Shown here: positions 12,550 through 18,241 of the stretch, one piece after another
Position numbering within the stretch: position 1 is the first letter of the stretch
Layout: each line of letters begins with the position of its first letter
Origin: a virus
Virus record (IMG/VR): IMGVR_UViG_3300045988_125687
Location: 1 to 18,241 of that record
Reading direction: 5' to 3' (one strand)
Length of the DNA: 18,241 nucleotides
Program-made: the position numbers and the translations under genes
Notes under the pieces: generated by a model
Seen by the model: only the letters and a program-made list of their open reading frames with translations
Databases searched by the model: none
What the model was told of the DNA's origin: nothing

Positions 12550-12672
12550 TCGCTTTTTTTAAACGACCGGCCAGCCAAAAGACCCCGCGCCAAGTTTTTT
12601 TCTCTCTCGAAACGAGCAAAAAAAAACTTGAAAACGGCGGAATAACAACGAAAACAGGAGATTGAAAAAATA
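12550..12672. promoter_or_regulatory. AT-rich homopolymer-tract intergenic region upstream of the packaging genes (candidate cos/pac or late promoter region)
   Basis: Tracts are T7 (12554-12560), T7 (12595-12601), A9 (12618-12626) and A6 (12665-12670). An imperfect long inverted repeat AAGTTTTTTT...CTCG-AAA-CGAG...AAAAAAAAACTT is present. The composition contrasts sharply with the flanking GC-rich DNA. Confidence 0.4.
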
Positions 12673-12981
12673 ATGAGTCAGGAAACCTTGCCAGGCTTCG
12701 AGGCCTACGACAACATCATGGCGGGGCTTCAGGAAAAAGCGACGACGGAACTGATACAGGACTTCGTGTGTGGCCGCAATCTTAATTCACGCGCCGTGTT
12801 CATTTGCAAGACGATGGTGAACATCGCGCGCAATTTCGACGTATTGAACGCCAAGGGACGTGATACCAGCCGTGTCATGGGTCAGTTGCTCTTGTGGTTC
12901 CAGGAGCTCAACGAGATGTTTCCGGCAGAGAAGGAAGTCAACCCCGCCCTTGCCGGACTGCTGCAGAAGGCGAAAGCATGA
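12673..12981 (+). CDS. Putative small terminase subunit (by position)
   Basis: 102 aa. SD AGGAG lies upstream and the gene is ATGA-coupled to TerL. No motif is recognised. Confidence 0.45.
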   Translation: MSQETLPGFEAYDNIMAGLQEKATTELIQDFVCGRNLNSRAVFICKTMVNIARNFDVLNAKGRDTSRVMGQLLLWFQELNEMFPAEKEVNPALAGLLQKAKA

Positions 12982-14423
12982 CGCCGGTACGCGGCGGAAC
13001 GCAGCGAAACTCGGAACGGCGGACGGACGGGCCCATAGTTGCCGAGTTCGCCAAGCTGCTCGGCACCCCATTGCTGCCCTGGCAGCAGCTTGTGGCGGAC
13101 GTGGCCGGTGAAATCGACCCCGTAACCGGAACCTACTATTACGACACTGTGATTCTCTCGACGCCACGCCAGTGCGGTAAATCGACGCTCGTGGACGCGG
13201 TGGACACCCGCAACTCGCAATGGGGGCCGGATAGGTATATCTATTACCTCGCTCAGACAGGCAAGGACGCGGGCGACCATTTCAAGAAATATCTAAAGAC
13301 CATTCAGGCGTCACCACTCGCCGATATCACCGCACGCCCCTACATGGGTGCCGGCGACCTCCGACAACCATTCGTCAACGGCAGCGTGATAATGCCGAAA
13401 TCAGTGACGAAGGTGGCCGGCCACGGTGTCCAGGGCGACAAGATCACACTCGATGAGGCGTTTTCATTGTCCGAAGAGACCGGCAACACGATTCTCGACG
13501 GCTTCATGCCGACCATGGCCACACGATTGAAGGCCACCGGCGTGCAACCCCAGCTGTGGATAACCTCGACCGAAGGTACCGCAGACTCGACCTTCTTCAA
13601 CAGGAAACTCGATGAGTGCCGCGCCGGCGAACAATCACGCCGCACCTGCTGGTTCGACTTCGGACTCCCCTCAGGCGAAGACCCTGAAGACCTCGGCGTC
13701 ATCATGCGCTACCACCCGGCAGCGGGACTGCTTTGGGACAAATCACAGCTCAGGGACTTTCGCGAGCAGTTCAAGGGCAACCCGGCAGGCTGGGCGAGAG
13801 CGTTCGGCAACCGGAGAGACGACGGCATCACCGACCGCGCCATCGACGAAACAACATGGAATGCCACAGCCACCATGCCGGTGACACCGGCCGAACTCGG
13901 GGACCGCCCGGTGGTGTTCGGCATCGCCGTGGACGTGGATGCCACCCACACCAGCATCAGCGCCGGCATCGTCAACGACGATGGCACCATAACCACGCAA
14001 TTGCTGAGGATTCTCGACGGCACCGGATACGCGCCCGCCGAAATCACGAGATTGTGCGAAACTTACCATGCGCCCGCCGTCATCGATGAACGCGGCACCG
14101 CCGCCGACCTCTCCGACCGGCTGCATAATCTCACCGACCGGAACGGTGACCCCGTCATCGAGTTCGTGGACATGGACGCGGCCGACTTCCTGACCACCGG
14201 GCAAAGCTATGTGAGCGGGCTGAACAACGGCACCATCAAACATGCCGCCGACCCCGACCTTGACGCCAGCGCCGCCAACTCGGCACGCAAATGGGCCGGC
14301 GACGCATGGCGATTGAGCCGGCGAGGCAGCACAGGCCTCACCTCGCCGCTCGAAAGCTGCATGTTGGCCGCATGGGGAGCCGTGCACCGTCCCGAAGACT
14401 CCGGACCCCTGCAAATCTACTGA
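12978..14423 (+). CDS. terL: Terminase large subunit
   Basis: ATGA-coupled start at 12978; 481 aa. Walker A is STPRQCGKST, with downstream ATPase and nuclease-type acidic motifs. It sits before the portal gene. Confidence 0.85.
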   Translation: MTPVRGGTQRNSERRTDGPIVAEFAKLLGTPLLPWQQLVADVAGEIDPVTGTYYYDTVILSTPRQCGKSTLVDAVDTRNSQWGPDRYIYYLAQTGKDAGDHFKKYLKTIQASPLADITARPYMGAGDLRQPFVNGSVIMPKSVTKVAGHGVQGDKITLDEAFSLSEETGNTILDGFMPTMATRLKATGVQPQLWITSTEGTADSTFFNRKLDECRAGEQSRRTCWFDFGLPSGEDPEDLGVIMRYHPAAGLLWDKSQLRDFREQFKGNPAGWARAFGNRRDDGITDRAIDETTWNATATMPVTPAELGDRPVVFGIAVDVDATHTSISAGIVNDDGTITTQLLRILDGTGYAPAEITRLCETYHAPAVIDERGTAADLSDRLHNLTDRNGDPVIEFVDMDAADFLTTGQSYVSGLNNGTIKHAADPDLDASAANSARKWAGDAWRLSRRGSTGLTSPLESCMLAAWGAVHRPEDSGPLQIY

Positions 14424-14427
14424 CCGT

Positions 14428-14467
14428 TTGGCGGTACTTGGCGGCACTTGGCGGCACTTGGCGGCAC
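14428..14467. repeat. Four tandem copies of a 10-bp unit TTGGCGG(T/C)AC
   Basis: The sequence reads ttggcggtac ttggcggcac ttggcggcac ttggcggcac. It starts 5 nt after the TerL stop and lies 43 nt before the portal ATG. Confidence 0.9.
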
Positions 14468-14509
14468 GGTGGTGGACGGAAACCGAACCAGACTCGCATA
14501 ATCGGCGGC

Positions 14510-15631
14510 ATGAACAACCTGAGTCTCTGGGATCGTATGAAGCTCGCCGGGCGTATCCTGACCCGCAGTGATGCGGATGATATGCCCGAGGGCATCAGGC
14601 CGCCCAGCCGCGAGCCGGTGTGCGACCCGTTGAGCCTGTCCACCGTGTTTCGTGGAGTCCAGGTGCTGCAGACCGCGATAACCGGTCTGCCGATCCACGA
14701 GATGCGCGGCGGGTTGAAGCTCGACACCGTGAGCTCACTGATCCTCCAACCCGACGTGCACCGAAGCCGCCGCGACTTCCTCGCCGACATGGTGGCCAGC
14801 ATGGTATTGGACGGCAACGCTTTCGTTCGACTCGTGCGATACGCCGGCGAAGTCGTGACCTGCGAGGTGCTGCCGCCCTCGCTCGTGACTGTCTCGGACG
14901 ACGGCAAGGACCCAGCGGCGCCGAAGCTCCGTTACTCGTATCTCGGTGTGGACTACACGGCCGACCAGATCGTGCACTGCAAGTTTTTGAACGTGCCCGG
15001 TCGACTGCGAGGCCTCGGCCCCATCGGCGCGGCACGCGAGGAAGTCGAAAGCGCGCAGCAGGCGCGGGATTACAAGGCCCGCTTCTACACCGATTCCAGC
15101 AACCTCAAGGGCTACCTGTCCTCCGAGGACAAGGTGACGCCCGACATCGCCAGGAACGCGAAAGAGGCATGGAAGGCCACCGGAACCGCAGGCGACATCA
15201 AGGTGCTGGGCAGCAAGCTGAAATACGTGCCGCTGGACATGAAGCCGGCCGACTTGCAGTTTTTGGAAACCCAGAAGTTCGACACCACGCAGATCGCGCG
15301 ACTGTTGGGCATTCCCGCGTCCATCATGCTCGCCGCAGTCGATGGCAGCAATCTCACCTATTCGAACATCGAGCAAAGCTGGATTGAGTTCGCCGACTAC
15401 ACGCTGGCCGCCTACGCGGGCGAGATAGAGGAACTGTTCAACAGACTGCTGCCACGAGGCCGCACCGCCGCGTTCGACTGGGATTCAAGTCGCCGCGCCG
15501 ACATGAGCGACCGTTTCAACGCCTACAAGACCGCCCTCGAATCAGGATGGATGGAAATTAACGAGGTGCGCGCACGCGAGGCCCTGCCCCCGCTCATCAA
15601 CGCGCCGCAACCGGAAGAGGTGAACCAGTGA
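14510..15631 (+). CDS. Portal protein (HK97 family)
   Basis: 373 aa from ATG 14510 (MNNLSLWDRMK...). Size, position and sequence style fit HK97-type portals. The track start at 14291 would overlap TerL by 133 nt and read through the tandem repeat. Confidence 0.8.
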   Translation: MNNLSLWDRMKLAGRILTRSDADDMPEGIRPPSREPVCDPLSLSTVFRGVQVLQTAITGLPIHEMRGGLKLDTVSSLILQPDVHRSRRDFLADMVASMVLDGNAFVRLVRYAGEVVTCEVLPPSLVTVSDDGKDPAAPKLRYSYLGVDYTADQIVHCKFLNVPGRLRGLGPIGAAREEVESAQQARDYKARFYTDSSNLKGYLSSEDKVTPDIARNAKEAWKATGTAGDIKVLGSKLKYVPLDMKPADLQFLETQKFDTTQIARLLGIPASIMLAAVDGSNLTYSNIEQSWIEFADYTLAAYAGEIEELFNRLLPRGRTAAFDWDSSRRADMSDRFNAYKTALESGWMEINEVRAREALPPLINAPQPEEVNQ

Positions 15632-17214
15632 ACCGTCATGAAATCGGATTCAAAGGCATATGCCTACGCGCTGCTGAGGAAGGCGACGGCCGCACATTGG
15701 AAGGCATCGCCGTACCCTTCGGTAGCATCATCGACACCTGGAAGGGAGCCGAGACCTTCGACCCCGACTGCCGTTTCGACGACGTTGACAACGCCAAGCT
15801 CTGCTACCAGCACGGCGAACTCATCGGCCGCATCACGGGAGCGGAAAGTCGTAACGACGGTCTGCACATCACCGCCAGAATCTCGGACACGCAGCGAGGC
15901 CGCGACGTGGTGGCCCTCCTGCGAGACGGCGCTCTCGACTCCCTGTCTGTCGGCTTCATCCCAGTGCAGGACGAAACCGACAAGCAGGGTATAACCCACC
16001 GCAAGCGTGTCCGCCTGCTGGAAACAAGCGTGGTCAGCTGGCCCGCCTATGAGGCGGCGAAAATCACCGGCCAACGCAGCGCCGCCGAAACGAACACCCA
16101 GGAAATCGAAAAACACGATCCATCGAAGGAAAGCGAGGAAACCCGAATGGACAAGGAACTCATGGAGATGCTGGACGGCATCAAGGACGAACAGCGCAGC
16201 CTCAAGGCTGCATTGGCACACGCCGGAAGCCCGGACAAGCCGAAGCCGCTGGGCGCGGAATACCGTACCGCAGGCGACTACCTCCAGTCCCTCTACCGAG
16301 GTGAGGAAGCCGCCGTGAACCTGATGCACGAATGCCGTGACCTCATCGCCACCGGTGACACCGGCAACACCACCACCTGGATCGCGGACGACCTGCGACT
16401 AATTCAGATGCGCCGCAAGGTCACCAACCTGTTGACCCACGACACGCTGCCGGCCAAGGGCATGACCATGGAATACAACGTGGTGGCCACCGACACCACG
16501 ACCACCGGCAAGCAGACTGCCGAAGGTGCCGCGCTGCCGTTCGGCAAGGTCACGTTCGGTACCAAGAGCGTCGGTATCGACACCTACGGCGGCTACACCA
16601 CGCTGTCGCGTCAGGTGATCGAACGCAGCACCACGCCGATGCTGAACACGGCATTGGCCGCGCTTCGCAACAGCTACGCGAAAGCGACCGAAACCGCCGT
16701 GCGCAACTACCTGTATTCCACCATCGCCGTGCAGAGAGACGCGGAAACCGACCCCAACCGCATCGTCGCGCCCGCCGCGCTCACCGCCATGACCATCGAC
16801 CAGTGGGCGGGCCTGATCATGGACGCCGCCGAACTTGCCGACGACCGTAACGTGTCCCTCACCCGATTGGGCGTTTCCAAGGACGTCATGGCCGCGCTCA
16901 TCAAGCTCAAGGACACCGGAAGCCGATTCTTCGACCTGTCCGGCGACGGCTCGGACACCATCGGCGACTTCGACCTCACCGGCATCGCCGGCCGATTCCT
17001 CCGCGTCCCCGTCCAGCTCCTCCCAAGCGCCCCCACCGGCACGGCGTGCTTCATCGACCCCGAAGCGGTAACGGTCTGGGAAAGCGGCGGACCGACGCAG
17101 CTCAGCGACGGCGACCCCACCAAGCTCACCGAAAATTACAGCGTCTACGGCTACCTGGCCGTCGCCGCCACGCAGCCGTTGGGCCTTATCCCCGTCAAGT
17201 TCCCAAAAGCGTGA
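15628..17214 (+). CDS. Prohead protease (HK97/S78-type) fused to an HK97-fold major capsid protein
   Basis: GTGA-coupled start; 528 aa. The first ~150 aa (LEGIAVPFGSIID...LCYQHG...DSLSVGF...LLETSVVSWPAYEAAKI) match the prohead protease pattern. An acidic coiled linker follows, then a capsid-like region of about 330 aa. Confidence 0.8.
   Translation: MNRHEIGFKGICLRAAEEGDGRTLEGIAVPFGSIIDTWKGAETFDPDCRFDDVDNAKLCYQHGELIGRITGAESRNDGLHITARISDTQRGRDVVALLRDGALDSLSVGFIPVQDETDKQGITHRKRVRLLETSVVSWPAYEAAKITGQRSAAETNTQEIEKHDPSKESEETRMDKELMEMLDGIKDEQRSLKAALAHAGSPDKPKPLGAEYRTAGDYLQSLYRGEEAAVNLMHECRDLIATGDTGNTTTWIADDLRLIQMRRKVTNLLTHDTLPAKGMTMEYNVVATDTTTTGKQTAEGAALPFGKVTFGTKSVGIDTYGGYTTLSRQVIERSTTPMLNTALAALRNSYAKATETAVRNYLYSTIAVQRDAETDPNRIVAPAALTAMTIDQWAGLIMDAAELADDRNVSLTRLGVSKDVMAALIKLKDTGSRFFDLSGDGSDTIGDFDLTGIAGRFLRVPVQLLPSAPTGTACFIDPEAVTVWESGGPTQLSDGDPTKLTENYSVYGYLAVAATQPLGLIPVKFPKA
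17202..17208 (+). promoter_or_regulatory. Candidate -1 programmed frameshift heptamer C CCA AAA (capsid gene)
   Basis: Zero-frame reading is ttC CCA AAA gcg TGA. The -1 frame is open from 17046 to 17369. The context CCCAAAAGC(R)TGAC is the same as at the major tail gene. Confidence 0.6.
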
Positions 17215-17369
17215 CGCCCGTCTCGCTCGTCGCCACGCCGGCAAGCTTGATCGTTACCACGGGCGAAACCGCCAGAATCAAAGCCACAATCACGCCAGAC
17301 ACGGCATCACAGACAGTAACCGCCACCACTGCCGGCACCGACCTTATCGACATCGAGGTGAGCCAATGA
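17211..17369 (+). CDS. Ig-like (Big_2-like, N-terminal half) segment in the -1 frame of the capsid gene; either a frameshift extension or a GTGA-coupled 52-aa ORF
   Basis: Sequence TPVSLVATPASLIVTTGETARIKATITPDTASQTVTATTAGTDLIDIEVSQ is paralogous to the tail-gene extension. Confidence 0.55.
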   Translation: MTPVSLVATPASLIVTTGETARIKATITPDTASQTVTATTAGTDLIDIEVSQ

Positions 17370-18229
17370 CCACCATCAGCATCACCGGGAAACAACCGGG
17401 GAAAACCGCCGTGACGATATCCAGCACCGTCAACCCAGCGGTAAAAACCGTCGTGCCGGTCACGGTGCTCTCACGTAACCTGCTCTCCTACGGTCCAGCG
17501 TCGGGCGACGGGCTGACCGCCACCATCAACGGCGACGGCTCGCTGCACATCAAGGGCACGCCGACAAGACAGTGGACTGGCCTGTCGTGGAAGTTCCCAT
17601 GCCCAGTGCATGGCATCGTGACATTCGGCGGCACCACCATCAGTGGTTTGGGCGGCGTCATCAAATGCCTCGACGGTGACGGACGGCAGCTGGGCAGCCA
17701 GATCACCGTGGGCAGCAATGGCGTCGCAATCCCCGATGGCACCGTCAGCCTGCAACTCAACATCCTGGCCACCGAGACCACGCCCACCATGAAGGACGGC
17801 GACATCCGAATCCAACTCGAATCCGGGGACACCGTGCACGAGTGGATGAAACCGGACGACACAAGCCTTGAGGGGGGGGGCTATGAGCTAGCGAACCTTG
17901 TGCCCTCGTTCACCTCCATATTGCCCAAGACCGTGGAGGGCGTCACGTTCACCAGCACGGACGGGCACACCATCCACGCGAAGGGCACGGCGACCGCGTG
18001 GGCGCACGTCGGCGTATCCGTGCGACTGGACGCGGGCACCTACATGCTCACGTGCGACAACAGCAACGGCTGGAATTACGGATGTCAGTTCCTCGGCGGC
18101 AATAACAACGCGCAGCTGGGCGGCGCGTCCGTCAAGCTCGAAGCCGACACCTATACGGTCAGCGTGTTCGTCGCCAAAGGGAAGACCGTGGACATCGACC
18201 TGACCCCGCGCATCCACCGGCTCGACTGA
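17366..18229 (+). CDS. Surface/decoration or adhesin-like protein: Ig-like C-terminal half followed by two tandem jelly-roll/CBM-like domains
   Basis: 287 aa. The N-terminus ISITGKQPGKTAVTISSTVNPAVKTVVPVTVL resembles the second half of a Big_2 domain. An internal duplication follows (GLTATINGDGSLHIKGTPT... versus GVTFTSTDGHTIHAKGTAT...). Confidence 0.6.
   Translation: MTTISITGKQPGKTAVTISSTVNPAVKTVVPVTVLSRNLLSYGPASGDGLTATINGDGSLHIKGTPTRQWTGLSWKFPCPVHGIVTFGGTTISGLGGVIKCLDGDGRQLGSQITVGSNGVAIPDGTVSLQLNILATETTPTMKDGDIRIQLESGDTVHEWMKPDDTSLEGGGYELANLVPSFTSILPKTVEGVTFTSTDGHTIHAKGTATAWAHVGVSVRLDAGTYMLTCDNSNGWNYGCQFLGGNNNAQLGGASVKLEADTYTVSVFVAKGKTVDIDLTPRIHRLD
17872..17880 (+). repeat. G9 homopolymer inside gene 17366..18229
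   Basis: Nine consecutive G bases encode the GGG linker (LEGGGY) between the two repeated domains. Confidence 0.95.
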
Positions 18230-18241
18230 CCCTGACCCCAC
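18123..18241. repeat. Terminal overlap, identical to 1..119
   Basis: Same as the 1..119 entry. Confidence 0.95.

Larger units (their letters stand above)
1..18122. mobile_element. Complete circular temperate phage genome (siphovirus-type, HK97-like head module), unit length 18,122 bp
   Basis: Terminal 119-bp identity closes the circle. A full set of packaging, head, tail, lysis and lysogeny genes is present, plus integrase and an attP-like tRNA fragment. Confidence 0.8.

Noticed and set aside
14428-14467. CRISPR-like or minisatellite array
   Set aside because: The units are 10 bp, directly abutting with no spacers, and only four copies occur. This is not a CRISPR array. It is kept as a tandem repeat finding.
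14291-14509. Upstream start for the portal ORF at 14291
   Set aside because: That start would overlap TerL by 133 nt and translate the tandem decamers (LGGTWRHGG). The N-terminal residues are Arg-rich shadow-like sequence. ATG 14510 gives a typical portal N-terminus.
17210-17237. Stem-loop CGTGACG...CGCCACG as the frameshift stimulator for the capsid site
   Set aside because: It starts only 1 nt after the heptamer (the usual spacing is 5-9 nt) and contains a mismatch. It is not used as evidence.

Overview
The window is one complete, circularly closed genome of a small temperate siphovirus-type phage. Bases 1-119 are identical to 18123-18241, and the junction falls inside a gene, so this is an assembly overlap. 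Unit length is 18,122 bp. The high GC content and codon style suggest an actinobacterial host, possibly Bifidobacterium-like, but that is a guess. Gene order around the circle: TerS-like, TerL, HK97-type portal, a prohead protease-major capsid fusion, and a 287-aa tandem-domain surface protein. Then come the head-tail connector genes, major tail protein, gp10-like protein, G/GT tail chaperones, tape measure, two minor tail proteins, and a lysis cassette (holin, two tiny membrane ORFs, CHAP-SH3 endolysin). On the minus strand lie a tyrosine integrase, attP and an XRE repressor, followed by a divergent Cro-like gene, small early genes, an excisionase-like HTH and an HNH/P-loop fusion. Nearly all plus-strand genes are chained by ATGA/GTGA/TTGA/TGATG start-stop overlaps. 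No replication gene is recognisable.

Main points of interest:
1. The repressor ORF reads antisense through a tRNA 3'-half (attP) and ends in -LAA. This is the architecture of integration-dependent immunity described in mycobacteriophages.
2. attP lies in a 64-bp near-perfect palindrome that mirrors the tRNA T-arm.
3. The identical -1 slippery motif C CCA AAA GC sits just before the stop codons of both the capsid gene and the major tail gene. Each leads into a paralogous half Ig-like (Big_2-like) extension.
4. A G9 tract lies at the inter-domain linker of the surface protein, and both off-frames stop immediately.
5. A reverse-oriented membrane/coiled-coil gene sits in the early region.
6. A 450-bp non-coding, repeat- and hairpin-dense hub lies in the early region.
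7. A 4x 10-bp tandem repeat lies between TerL and portal.

All functional calls rest on motif recognition by eye; no searches were run. Many long ORFs in the supplied track are off-frame or antisense high-GC shadows and are not called.
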